Source of the DNA: a virus | IMG/VR virus record: IMGVR_UViG_3300020045_011333 | Location: 96,001 to 160,000 of that record | Reading direction: 5' to 3' (one strand) | Length of the DNA: 64,000 nucleotides | Shown here: positions 56,301 to 64,000 of the stretch, piece by piece | Layout of the letters: each line of letters starts with the position of its first letter | How positions within the stretch are numbered: the stretch's first letter is position 1 | The notes under the pieces: model-generated | The model's database searches: none | The model's input: the letters and a program-made list of their open reading frames with translations, nothing else | What the model was told of the DNA's origin: nothing | Made by a program: the position numbers and the translations under genes

Positions 56301-56522
56301 ATAGTATTCAGGAGTTTCTTTCATTGGTAGAGCAAAACCTACCAATTCTCCTGCGTCTGTCTCCAAGCTGATATAAACAGGATTGAAATCAATGGCATCA
56401 TCAATATCTCTGGTAACAAGTTCTTCATTATCTTCGTTTATAAAAATTATTCCACCTTCCGTTAGGCCCTCTCCGAAGAGTCCTACGATAAGGCGCTCAA
56501 ATGCGTCTTCTGGTATATTCAT
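53316..56522 (-). CDS. Primase-helicase (primase-like domain + Zn-binding + SF3/D5-like helicase)
   Basis: FDLD..YTTHSH..KHR, DPSRLFYLP, CPF..H..C.H..C and GLKGVGKS..EE..N motifs. Confidence 0.85.
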   Translation of the reverse strand: MNIPEDAFERLIVGLFGEGLTEGGIIFINEDNEELVTRDIDDAIDFNPVYISLETDAGELVGFALPMKETPEYYPACSTQSADLNIWFFENSIDADLLPHLDGIIEIPLINYIINEHNFYNGEWDFVEPEVKKVQSDLPKIDMTKNVTFSMAKTAKEGKGGWENQTGTVANFIEMLTIHQEGKKDGLCYLQGELAGDRRLIKAMIKNHFVIFDLDTGETSEEIDQRLSDTGYAYVRYTTHSHLTENSEVKRTEFFKWSGMDASKPVDTKFLKKYLIEVKGFIPRVLERLDVIEDAKVTEEGTTTIIRHSPMPKHRIAFFLNEPFLFQGQINQQEAIKAWKEHYHGFGTELGFVYDKSCTDPSRLFYLPRHAKGKPFETHFVDGDYVDLKSYDRLAIRDVLTPQAGNAFSDAGKALGGTSEGLFVDGYNLKRWIMTHDCEIIDLIEDKYPDGIKSPRTNGPGFHIECPFEDEHTKAGGLGTYAINATDTDNGFHVFCTHDSCQGRNKLDYIKKMVELDWFTVTDLQDETHCPSVLREETPSPSKEEEKETVEDSIDINKIVESLNKKSEKDDIIDAVRTIARAKDLDDDEIDGYIARIARRTGLLKKTLHKYLPEKFGYDSEAKNKSLDEMDRRLHTYNERYAMVDTGSKVVIMDAHKKDMTFTARDDWKALKANEKLLINEGSVDAKLESIAKVWLEWEQRRTYEGVTFDPRPTPDPNKFNLFQGFETTPRKGNWDKLKNHIYEVMCHGNEEHYMWIMTWLAHIIQFPWEKKGSAIVVRGLKGVGKSIVFTIFKDIVGRYAMSSANASHITGQFNWHFRDKLFMIAEEGLFAGNSREDSILKELITGSSLLMEPKGIDAFQMENYIRIAIISNEEWVVNASSDERRYFVLEASDKYKDNINYFNAIIEQMEAGGKEAMMYDLLHFEPPFEEGWNILRRPPKTEALSRQVTQSTPVWEKFFITLIENMGVSEANDDLDPINLEYGETNWVDPKHLRQYYYNSLKTSTSKYKADPKTFQKLAEQFLLAKWVKRKRQSNELWLKLPPLEDIISHFENKLKIKLDMIEISEE

Positions 56523-56549
56523 TATATGCCTGTCTTTTTGTGTGTCTGC

Positions 56550-56578
56550 TTTATGGCATAAAAAACTTTAAAAGTCAA
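56550..56578 (-). promoter_or_regulatory. Sigma70-type promoter for the primase-helicase
   Basis: TTGACT-N17-CATAAA with extended -10 TG. Confidence 0.55.
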
Positions 56579-56599
56579 TGGATGAAGATGAAAATTTAT

Positions 56600-56634
56600 A
56601 AAATAAAAAATCCTGCCAATTGCTTGACAGGATT
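56600..56634 (-). terminator. Rho-independent terminator
   Basis: AATCCTGTCAA-GCAA-TTGGCAGGATT-TTTTATTTT. Confidence 0.8.
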
Positions 56635-56660
56635 ATCATTCAAGCATTTCAAAGACTTAA

Positions 56661-56801
56661 TTACTTCCAGAATTGAAGCTTAGCGATGTAATCAGTCATG
56701 AAATCATTAACATTGACTACCTTTGCTTTTCGCTCGTTGTAAACGAGATAAGCGGTATAGCCGAGATAACCAATAATTACTAGGAGTAGAAGAGAAAACA
56801 T
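56661..56801 (-). CDS. Small single-pass membrane protein (46 aa, not in ORF track)
   Basis: AAGGA RBS; MFSLLLLVIIGYLGYTAYLVYNERK... Confidence 0.7.
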   Translation of the reverse strand: MFSLLLLVIIGYLGYTAYLVYNERKAKVVNVNDFMTDYIAKLQFWK

Positions 56802-56824
56802 TTATTTGATCCTTTCGATCTGAG

Positions 56825-56962
56825 TTACTTGCTTTTAATTCGCCGGTGCATTTCATATTCCGCCGCAGCGGAAGAAAGACTACCACTTTCAGCAATCTTC
56901 TTCAACTCTTCAGTTGACTTGCGCTGCATTTTTTCTTTGCGTGTTTCATTAATCTTAGACAT
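56825..56962 (-). CDS. Small basic protein (45 aa, not in ORF track)
   Basis: AAGGA RBS; MSKINETRKEKMQRKSTEELKKIA... Confidence 0.65.
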   Translation of the reverse strand: MSKINETRKEKMQRKSTEELKKIAESGSLSSAAAEYEMHRRIKSK

Positions 56963-56964
56963 TT

Positions 56965-57258
56965 TTAATCCTTCACATTATGGTATGCTGTAACAGTAAC
57001 TTCAACCGGCTCTACTTCGTCACAAGAAACTTCGTCGCCTTCGCTTGAATAAGGGCCTTCGTCTTGATATTCAGTTGCGCCTCTATCATAGAAGCTTCTG
57101 TAGAATTTTCCAGTACTTTCTTCTTTAAAGATCAATTCGTAATTCAAGGACCAACGACTACTATCAATAAGCTCGTTAGAGATTTCTGTCAGGCCGCTAA
57201 TTAATCCACCACAACTTAATTCCGAAAGAGATTCTCTACTAAAATTTTTACTTGGCAT
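56965..57258 (-). CDS. Conserved phage hypothetical protein
   Basis: SRWS..YDRGATEYQDE motif. Confidence 0.65.
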   Translation of the reverse strand: MPSKNFSRESLSELSCGGLISGLTEISNELIDSSRWSLNYELIFKEESTGKFYRSFYDRGATEYQDEGPYSSEGDEVSCDEVEPVEVTVTAYHNVKD

Positions 57259-57604
57259 CTAAAAACTTCTCCGGGATTTCAGTTCCCTCAATAAAATTGA
57301 CTTGATAAAGAGAATAATGAGTTTTTACATACCACAATCCATCTTCTTCGTAGACTCCTTCCACGATGCTGGTGTAAACAATTTGGTTGTAACGAAATCT
57401 TCCCTTAATATCAATTTCAATAGTACCAGAGATATTAACACCATCTCTATTCCTACCAAAAGCAACATTATTAAGTATTCCTGTTATACCTCTTTCAGTT
57501 AAAGATTTCACAAGCTCGTTGTGAGCTAAAATTCTAGCTTCGTGCGCTTCTCTAACTTCTAATGATCTTAGTTCATTAAGTTTTTCTTCGTCTAATTCAG
57601 CCAT
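57248..57604 (-). CDS. Hypothetical protein
   Basis: WYVKTHYSLY motif; packed ORF. Confidence 0.6.
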   Translation of the reverse strand: MAELDEEKLNELRSLEVREAHEARILAHNELVKSLTERGITGILNNVAFGRNRDGVNISGTIEIDIKGRFRYNQIVYTSIVEGVYEEDGLWYVKTHYSLYQVNFIEGTEIPEKFLDAK

Positions 57605-57821
57605 TAAATTTAACTTTCGATAATTCTTGAGGTAAGGTACTATTTAAACTCATCCAAGTAGGATCTACTTCCTTGGATTCATAACTAATTCCTGTCCTAG
57701 GGAGACGATCAATAATTGCCATTGCTAATTCTTTATTTGAGATAGAATGACCTTCAGTAACTAAATACCCATTAATATATAAACCCTCCCAATCATCAGC
57801 ATTAGCTATAAAAATTTCCAT
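57597..57821 (-). CDS. Hypothetical protein
   Basis: DDWEGLYING..EGHSI motif. Confidence 0.6.
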   Translation of the reverse strand: MEIFIANADDWEGLYINGYLVTEGHSISNKELAMAIIDRLPRTGISYESKEVDPTWMSLNSTLPQELSKVKFNG

Positions 57822-58041
57822 CTATTTGTTCCACTTCTACTTCATAATTTAAAAGTTCCAACGCCTTTACGTATCCTTTAACAAAACTATCGGCGTCATG
57901 ATAATCTGTGAAATTTAAATGTTCATCTCCATAATGGCGATCCACCTCTATACCATTCAAGATAACAACAATATTATGCCACCCATACCAACCGCAACAT
58001 TCACAGTCTCCAGAGCCTTCGGTAATAGTAATCTTATACAA
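57802..58041 (-). CDS. Hypothetical protein
   Basis: DCECCG motif. Confidence 0.6.
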   Translation of the reverse strand: MYKITITEGSGDCECCGWYGWHNIVVILNGIEVDRHYGDEHLNFTDYHDADSFVKGYVKALELLNYEVEVEQIDGNFYS

Positions 58042-58231
58042 TTAGAAATGCTCCATATATAATCCAAGAAAGTGGGATCACCCAAAATAAAGACTTAATA
58101 TTTCTAAGTAATATCTTTTCATGATGTTCATTTTTGGTATAAGAGATAATAATGAAACCTCCTATTGAAGATATCCCAAAAAGACTCCAAGCAATTATAA
58201 GATAAAGTATCCAATCAATGAAAACTGACAA
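58034..58231 (-). CDS. Membrane protein
   Basis: TTG start with AAGGA RBS; two hydrophobic segments. Confidence 0.55.
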   Translation of the reverse strand: MSVFIDWILYLIIAWSLFGISSIGGFIIISYTKNEHHEKILLRNIKSLFWVIPLSWIIYGAFLIV

Positions 58232-58340
58232 TTTTATATCCTTTCCATTTGGGCATTGGATCACATTTTATTGTATCCACTACTAAACCGCAACACCCTG
58301 TTAGCGTTAGCATTAAAATCAAAAACAAAACTATTTTCAT
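58215..58340 (-). CDS. Small lipoprotein (41 aa, not in ORF track)
   Basis: MKIVLFLILMLTLTGC-CGLVVDTIKCDP...; LTGC lipobox. Confidence 0.65.
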   Translation of the reverse strand: MKIVLFLILMLTLTGCCGLVVDTIKCDPMPKWKGYKIVSFH

Positions 58341-58546
58341 TTCAGAGAATCAAGGTATTCGCGACAAGAAATTTCTCTTTTAGTCCTAATTATTTCATAA
58401 GCGTTAAGTTGAAGCAGATGTAAACGATCACGCCTTTCGCAAGGCATAACATATGTTATATTTCCAGAACGTTTAACAACCTCTCCAACGCCAATGTGTC
58501 CATTATGAGAAAAAATTACAGTAGCCAAAAGAATTGTACCAAGCAT
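58337..58546 (-). CDS. Hypothetical protein
   Basis: GGAGGT RBS before MLGTILL. Confidence 0.55.
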   Translation of the reverse strand: MLGTILLATVIFSHNGHIGVGEVVKRSGNITYVMPCERRDRLHLLQLNAYEIIRTKREISCREYLDSLK

Positions 58547-58548
58547 GA

Positions 58549-58767
58549 TTACCTCCCTTTCTTTCTGAAGATTTCTGGACCTATTAAAAGTACCAGACAA
58601 ATAAACAATCTCACAAGACAGGCAGCAAATACTCCCCACAAAGGTAAAGTAATTAGCCACCATGACCAATCTATGTATTCAGTAAGTTTAAGCCCAATGA
58701 ACAAAATTGTCAATAGGCCGCAAAAACTAATTCCATGGCTGTGATAACTGTTATTCTTGATAATCAT
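58549..58767 (-). CDS. Small membrane protein
   Basis: GISFCGLLTILFIGLKLT..IDWSWW..PLW. Confidence 0.7.
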   Translation of the reverse strand: MIIKNNSYHSHGISFCGLLTILFIGLKLTEYIDWSWWLITLPLWGVFAACLVRLFICLVLLIGPEIFRKKGR

Positions 58768-58783
58768 GATAACATCTCAAATT

Positions 58784-59023
58784 CTATCTAAAATGTTTCT
58801 CTAAAATTTCTTTGAACCGCGATCCAAGAAATTCTGACTTAGTTTCATCAATTGTTCGTAGCAAATCGGCTGCTACGATATCCAGATCAACCGGTTCGCC
58901 AGTTACTCGATCTTTTAGTCCTGATAGAGTATCGCCAGCAACATTAGTCGCAGTCTTACCGAGTTCAAAAGCTTTACCACTTACTTCAGATGCGGCTCGA
59001 AAGAATGATTCTTTAGTAAACAT
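58784..59023 (-). CDS. Hypothetical protein
   Basis: GGGGA RBS; packed ORF. Confidence 0.6.
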   Translation of the reverse strand: MFTKESFFRAASEVSGKAFELGKTATNVAGDTLSGLKDRVTGEPVDLDIVAADLLRTIDETKSEFLGSRFKEILEKHFR

Positions 59024-59064
59024 TTTATCCCCTTAATCTTCTTCAATATCCAGAAGAAGAATGT

Positions 59065-59541
59065 TTAAGTTAAATTATTAATTGCTTCTTCTAGCTTAAT
59101 TCTCACACCGCCGTAGCGATGTTTAAGATACTCGCAGAATTTTTCATCCAGACCTACATACCTTAATTCATCAGTGTTATCAAGATTATCTGCAAGTTTA
59201 CCAAGCAAAGCCATAAGATTTTTACTTTGGCAGAGTTTATCAATATACTCTACATAACTAATGTCATCATTTTCATGAGTTAAAAGGTTTATGGCATCAA
59301 CTACTTGTTTATTAAACCCAAATAGATATAAATCCTGATCCGTGATATCACTGTCCTCAATAATATCGTGAAGCAGTGCAACCAATACATAATTTTGATC
59401 TTCAATATCATATTGCTTCATTAATTTTTGCATATTAGTTGCTACTCTGACACAATGCTCAAACTTTGAAACACCTGATTTATCATACTGCCCACTAAGT
59501 GCGGCTTTAACTAGAACCATAGTTTTAGAAATTGACGGCAT
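59065..59541 (-). CDS. HD-domain protein of the RelA/SpoT hydrolase type (small alarmone hydrolase/Mesh1-like)
   Basis: EHCVRVA, ALLHDIIED, LLTH and KLADNLDN. Confidence 0.75.
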   Translation of the reverse strand: MPSISKTMVLVKAALSGQYDKSGVSKFEHCVRVATNMQKLMKQYDIEDQNYVLVALLHDIIEDSDITDQDLYLFGFNKQVVDAINLLTHENDDISYVEYIDKLCQSKNLMALLGKLADNLDNTDELRYVGLDEKFCEYLKHRYGGVRIKLEEAINNLT

Positions 59542-59556
59542 GAATTTCTTTCTTAA

Positions 59557-59781
59557 TTAAGGGAGTACAACTCTAATTTCTTTATCAACACGTCTAAAGC
59601 TTTGAAATCCATGTTCAATAAAACGTTTCATATCAGACTCCCGCCAAGGAGACAGGCCTTTACCAAATCTGTTGTGACGTTTATATTCACGCTCATAAAT
59701 AATTCCAGTAGTAGCAAGTGCTACTTGAAGATGATGAGTTTCACCTTCACTTTGATAAACCGCGACCGCCTTAGTCATCAT
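59557..59781 (-). CDS. Hypothetical protein
   Basis: Start moved to MMTKAV. Confidence 0.5.
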   Translation of the reverse strand: MMTKAVAVYQSEGETHHLQVALATTGIIYEREYKRHNRFGKGLSPWRESDMKRFIEHGFQSFRRVDKEIRVVLP

Positions 59782-60070
59782 AAGCCTCAATTTCTTCATC
59801 TTCCTCGGGAAGATAGTTAAGAGGATTATAACCACTAATATCTGTACTACCTACGGCATTGAATAGAATTTCAACAACATCTTCAGGTACGGCGAACATT
59901 ACAATATCTGATAATTCAAGTTCACCATAAATTTCGGAATGCTTACCTAGAATTTCGCCAAAATAAACTTGTTTACCGATGGCTCTGTCAATGTCTTTTT
60001 GCTCTGCAACAAAAATACCCTCAACTTCTCCCATACGACCGCAGTCCCAAAAAAACTTATATAAATTCAT
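59771..60070 (-). CDS. Conserved phage hypothetical protein
   Basis: DCGRMGEVEGIFVA..YFGEILGKHSEIYG..GYNP. Confidence 0.7.
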   Translation of the reverse strand: MNLYKFFWDCGRMGEVEGIFVAEQKDIDRAIGKQVYFGEILGKHSEIYGELELSDIVMFAVPEDVVEILFNAVGSTDISGYNPLNYLPEEDEEIEAYDD

Positions 60071-60255
60071 TATTTTTTACCTTCTTCAAACGCTTTTCTA
60101 GCATGACGTTCAACAATATTTCTAAATTCTGTGTTGTGACCGTATTCTTGAGGATAATAGTTATTCCACCACTCTTCAAAGGATTTGGGTTTGGGATAAA
60201 AAGGCATTGGATCACCATCTTCTTCATAATCTTTAGTCACGGACAAATTCCTCAA
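60070..60255 (-). CDS. Hypothetical protein
   Basis: Packed ORF. Confidence 0.5.
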   Translation of the reverse strand: MRNLSVTKDYEEDGDPMPFYPKPKSFEEWWNNYYPQEYGHNTEFRNIVERHARKAFEEGKK

Positions 60256-61246
60256 TTTCTCTTAAATCTTCGTAATAACCATAAACAGCTTTTAGTATTT
60301 CTTTTCGCTGTTTAAATATATCTGTTTCTTTAACCGCATAATAAGGTAGATTTCTGTCTTCATAAAACTTAATCCAATCTTCCGTATTACTTTCTCTAAC
60401 ATCACCACCGTAACGGAGAGGGTCAGCCTCAAACGGAATTTTATCATTCATAACAATGTAGAAAATACCATTACATGTTTCTTCAAATTTGTCAAGTAAA
60501 ATTTTAGGTTTTTCGAATTTCCCAATATCATAATACATAATCGTGGCGCTAATATCTGTGTCCAAAACCGTAAAAAGAGTTTTAGGTGCAGCCATCATTG
60601 CTGCATATTGTCCCAAAACAATGTTAAACATTTTGGTTTCCGTCAATTCTGTGCCAACAAATTCTAAATATGTTCTGGCGTATTCGTGCACCCATTGACC
60701 TTTAAGTCGTTGAGCCAGCCACTTTGACATTGTGGTTTTACCTGCCGATTCCGTGCCTGTGATACAGATTTTCTTGTGTAAGACTTTTTGAAACTCGGGA
60801 ATAATATATTTGAAATTATGAGCTAAATCGCTACGAACTTCTGTTCCACTAATAGGAACAATATCTCTATCAATATCAACAGGAATAAACTCACAGCCTA
60901 ATGCATCGGCGAACTTTTGTCCATAAGCCTCTGAGGCCAATACATAATCGACTTCTTTAATTCCAAAAGATTTAACTGTGTCGGTCCAATAGTCCCAAAA
61001 TTCTTTGCTGCCATCGTCATTTTGAGGGGCAGTGTCGTCCAAGTGTTCATGGACACAGACATTAGTTTCGCTATACATTTTTCTCAAAATGTTGGCCCTA
61101 TCTAACGTTAACCGGGGTTCAAAACTTCTGGTGCTGACAATGACATGAACAGTGTCACAAAAATATGAAGCAAAATCAATTAAGTACTTATGACCCACAT
61201 GAGGCACAAGAGCGGTGCAACAAATTAATCCAATAGTTTTTACCAT
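60233..61246 (-). CDS. nadR: NadR-like NMN adenylyltransferase / ribosylnicotinamide kinase (no HTH)
   Basis: PHVGH (HxGH), PISGTEVR, TGTESAGKTT, EYAR and LDTD; GGAGGT RBS before MVKT. Confidence 0.9.
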   Translation of the reverse strand: MVKTIGLICCTALVPHVGHKYLIDFASYFCDTVHVIVSTRSFEPRLTLDRANILRKMYSETNVCVHEHLDDTAPQNDDGSKEFWDYWTDTVKSFGIKEVDYVLASEAYGQKFADALGCEFIPVDIDRDIVPISGTEVRSDLAHNFKYIIPEFQKVLHKKICITGTESAGKTTMSKWLAQRLKGQWVHEYARTYLEFVGTELTETKMFNIVLGQYAAMMAAPKTLFTVLDTDISATIMYYDIGKFEKPKILLDKFEETCNGIFYIVMNDKIPFEADPLRYGGDVRESNTEDWIKFYEDRNLPYYAVKETDIFKQRKEILKAVYGYYEDLREIEEFVRD

Positions 61247-61289
61247 GATTATTACCTCCATAGGTATTATTGTACTAACAGCTTTATTA

Positions 61290-61318
61290 TTGACATTAAC
61301 TTTAATTTAATATATAAT
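61290..61318 (+). promoter_or_regulatory. Perfect sigma70 consensus promoter for the homing endonuclease
   Basis: TTGACA-N17-TATAAT. Confidence 0.85.
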
Positions 61319-61348
61319 ACAAAAAATATCATAAATAGAGTCTATAAA

Positions 61349-62533
61349 ATGCTTAATAAATATTACGTGTATATTTACATAAATCCGAAAGATAGTCAAC
61401 CATTTTATGTTGGAAAGGGTTGCGGAAATCGGGCTTGGCGTCATTTGAAAGAAACTAAAATTAATACAGAGAATTATAAAAAATGGTGTATACTAGAAAA
61501 TTTAAGAAAACTAGAATTAGAACCTATAATTTTAATATTAAAAGATAATCTTTCAGAAGAAGATGCTTATAAATTAGAAAAAGAAACAATTATTAAATAT
61601 GGTAGACGAGATTTAGATAAAAACGGGATACTTACAAATGTATGTATAGATCAAAGGCCCCCTTCTGCGAAAGGAAGAAAACAATCTTTAGAACAAAAAG
61701 AGACGGCTAGAATTAGAATGTTAGAGAATTCTTATTGGAAAGGAAAAAAGAAACCTCCCGAAATGCAAAAGTATATTAACTCTTGTTTGCCTAGAGGTGA
61801 AAATCATCATATGCATGGAACTAATCATTATGAGCTATGGCTTATCAAATATGGCGCAGAGATAGCTTTAGAAAAGAAAAGAAAAATGATTGAAAAACAA
61901 ACAAAATCTAATGAAGGAAAAACTCACTCAGAAAAATCAAAAGAATTGATGCGTCAAGTACAAAAAGGATTAGGAAAAGGGAGAAAATGGATTTATAATC
62001 CAGAAACATTCGAACTTAAACAAGAATTTCCTTTAGAAGCTTTAAAACTTATTTCAAGCGGCTGGGAATATGGTAGGCCATCAGAATTACCTAAAAAGAA
62101 AAGAATAAACAAAGAAGGGAAGGAGCAAATTATATTAATTGATGAACCTGTTCCTGAAGGATGGAAATTAGGAGGCACATCAAAAGGGAGAGGTGAAAAT
62201 AGTAAAATATATGGGAGAATTGCCATAACCGATGGAATAAATAATAAAATGATTTCTAAGTCAGATATCATTCCTAATGGATGGGTTGAAGGTAAAACCT
62301 CATCTTTAAAAACTAAAAAAATCTATATAAATAATGGTATAATTTGTAAAAGAGTGGAGGAAGGTTCTGATATTCCTTTAGGATGGTTTTTAGGGTCCTT
62401 ATCTCGTGATAAATCTAATAAGAAAAAATTTACTATAAATAATGGTGTACGAGAAAAAAGAATTTTGCTTTCATCTCCTATACCTATTGGATGGTATAAA
62501 GGGTGTATTAAAAAATTAAATCAAGACGGATAA
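61349..62533 (+). mobile_element. GIY-YIG homing endonuclease with NUMOD3 and C-terminal repeats, antisense insertion
   Basis: YYVYIY..FYVGKG..R; several (T/N)xG..K....P.GW..G repeats. Confidence 0.85.
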
Positions 62534-62985
62534 TCCGTCAGTGGTTTGAATAGGGTATTAGTTCCGCCTTCAATTACAGACTTGAGATACGTTCCAATTT
62601 GCCTAGGGCTAAGACCGTCATGCTCAGTTGGGATGCGGCTATATTCATATGTATACCCATCATTGACTTCTGTTAAACTAAGAAAATCTACATCGTTAAT
62701 ATTGATTTTTAAATGTTGATTTCCACAACTTCCGTCTTGATCCCACAGACCAACAAGTTCTACTAATTCTTCCGGGGCAGCAGCGTTTTCACCTTCTTCT
62801 CCGTAAGTGAAGTCTCCATTACCTTTGAAACGCTTAACATTCAATACATAAGCGCCATGCCCTAAGCAACAACGAGCAGATTGAGTGGAGTCCAAAACAA
62901 ACTTAGCCTTCTTCCTTCCCTTAACCATAAGGAAGTTGACCCACTTTTCACGATTAGCTAAAACTTCGCTACGAGTAATAGTCAT
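62521..62985 (-). CDS. Hypothetical protein
   Basis: RCCLGH motif; packed ORF. Confidence 0.6.
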   Translation of the reverse strand: MTITRSEVLANREKWVNFLMVKGRKKAKFVLDSTQSARCCLGHGAYVLNVKRFKGNGDFTYGEEGENAAAPEELVELVGLWDQDGSCGNQHLKININDVDFLSLTEVNDGYTYEYSRIPTEHDGLSPRQIGTYLKSVIEGGTNTLFKPLTDYPS

Positions 62986-63200
62986 TTTACTTTAACTCCT
63001 TCTACGGCCCATCGTGCCAATACTTCTGCCACGTCTTGTTCCGTGACAAGACCATCATCAACATACCAATTAACTACACCATTAGGTGCGATCCAAATAG
63101 ATACTTCTTTTTCACCTTTGTTAATTTCAAAGACGTATAAAGGGTCAGCCAAAGCTTGGTTAAGCATCATAGCTGTTGTCATGCTCTGGCTGTATCTCAT
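62982..63200 (-). CDS. Hypothetical protein
   Basis: ATGA-coupled ORF. Confidence 0.55.
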   Translation of the reverse strand: MRYSQSMTTAMMLNQALADPLYVFEINKGEKEVSIWIAPNGVVNWYVDDGLVTEQDVAEVLARWAVEGVKVK

Positions 63201-63439
63201 GGTGCAATAGCCTTTTGTTCGACAGTGGGAAACTTAATATTGCAATTAGGGATGGCTCTCATATCACCATCTAAGAGTTGATAGCCAATTAGCATGGGCC
63301 AACCCATGGCGTACATAACGGATCGCATTTTATCTTCATCAGGGCAACGAAGAGCAGTTCTGGTACTCATTGAAATGAACACACCTGTTCCCACCAGAAA
63401 ATACAGAAATAGAAAAATAATACTTACAAGTCGCTTCAT
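63197..63439 (-). CDS. Membrane protein
   Basis: Hydrophobic N-terminus; GWPM motif. Confidence 0.6.
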   Translation of the reverse strand: MKRLVSIIFLFLYFLVGTGVFISMSTRTALRCPDEDKMRSVMYAMGWPMLIGYQLLDGDMRAIPNCNIKFPTVEQKAIAP

Positions 63440-63443
63440 TTAT

Positions 63444-64000
63444 TTAAGCCTCACTTAGAGTTTGAGTTGAATTATTCATGGAATTTTGCCAAAATTTTAA
63501 ACCAATTCCAGCGTTAATTAGAAAATAGGCATACTGTAGAGTAACTAAATATAGACCTTGATTATAGTAAAGATAGATAGAAAATACATTAACAGCGGCC
63601 CATACGTACCACGTAAAAATTTTCCGGCGATCCAACATCCATTGAGCCACACCTGACAATATGGCTACAGTAGCATCGACATACGTTGTTTCGTAACCAA
63701 ATATACTATTTACGATGAGAAGTAAAGAAAAAATTACACCAGCCACAATAAAATAAATAGGAATTTCATTTTTTGTGATCTTCGTAATAACTGATCTAGG
63801 ATTGCTATCTGTTCCCCAATAATACCAGCCATAACAAAGACTGCCAACTAGATAGAGATTAAACCAAGCCACACTAGGAAGATTCCACTGAAAAAACAGT
63901 ACGGTGTAAGCCCCTGTCGTAATAATACCGATTGGGTATTGCCATGAGGAATTGGAGACTGCAAAAAGTGTGCAGATGAAGCTGGTCCAAACTGCAAAAA
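63444..64000 (-). CDS. pnuC: PnuC nicotinamide riboside transporter, 5'-partial
   Basis: Frame stays open to the window end (WTSFICTLF..WQYPIGI); DAT..SGVAQWMLDRRKI..WYVWAAVN..LQYAYFLINA. Confidence 0.9.
   Translation of the reverse strand, partial: FAVWTSFICTLFAVSNSSWQYPIGIITTGAYTVLFFQWNLPSVAWFNLYLVGSLCYGWYYWGTDSNPRSVITKITKNEIPIYFIVAGVIFSLLLIVNSIFGYETTYVDATVAILSGVAQWMLDRRKIFTWYVWAAVNVFSIYLYYNQGLYLVTLQYAYFLINAGIGLKFWQNSMNNSTQTLSEA

Noticed and set aside
56707-56895. Tracked 62-aa ORF
   Set aside because: Shadow of two better small ORFs with RBSs (56661-56801 and 56825-56962).
6690-62271. Numerous 60-120 aa antisense or alternate-frame ORFs inside long genes (e.g. 6712, 7576, 10812, 30040, 46232, 50254, 61993)
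   Set aside because: Fully nested in well-supported genes, with no RBS or motifs.
1-64000. tRNA genes, CRISPR arrays, long repeats
   Set aside because: No cloverleaf/T-loop patterns or regular repeats were seen in the few short intergenic gaps; tRNAscan-SE should confirm.

Overview
This is a 64 kb segment of an AT-rich, probably lytic dsDNA tailed phage. An alphaproteobacterial (Rhizobiales-like) host is inferred from the promoter style and lysin type, not proven. Bases 1-5236 (+ strand) hold the end of the tail module, the lysis cassette (muramidase with a C-terminal membrane segment, overlapped spanins, no obvious holin), an orphan tape-measure-like C-terminus and a tail appendage protein. 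The rest is almost all on the - strand. Replication genes: family A polymerase, primase-helicase, RecD/Dda-like and SNF2 helicases, ligase, SSB and exonucleases. Nucleotide metabolism: class Id-like RNR, glutaredoxin, ThyX, Tdk, dNMP kinase, MazG, Nudix and HD proteins. Also present are rIIA/rIIB and many small accessory genes. Highlights: (1) a free-standing, apparently splicing-dead intein remnant retaining its LAGLIDADG nuclease, with its own palindrome-covered promoter; (2) a very complete RNA/tRNA repair kit (Rnl1, Rnl2, split PNK kinase and phosphatase, Thg1-like, RlaP-like, Pth2-like); (3) two NAD salvage routes (Nampt + NMNAT-Nudix, NadR + PnuC) plus macrodomain-like and alarmone-hydrolase-like genes; (4) a TAXI-type periplasmic binding protein; (5) a one-base frameshift in a metallophosphoesterase; (6) a near-identical HTH module on two unrelated proteins. 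No tRNA genes or CRISPR arrays were seen. All product calls come from motif recognition by eye; no database search was run.
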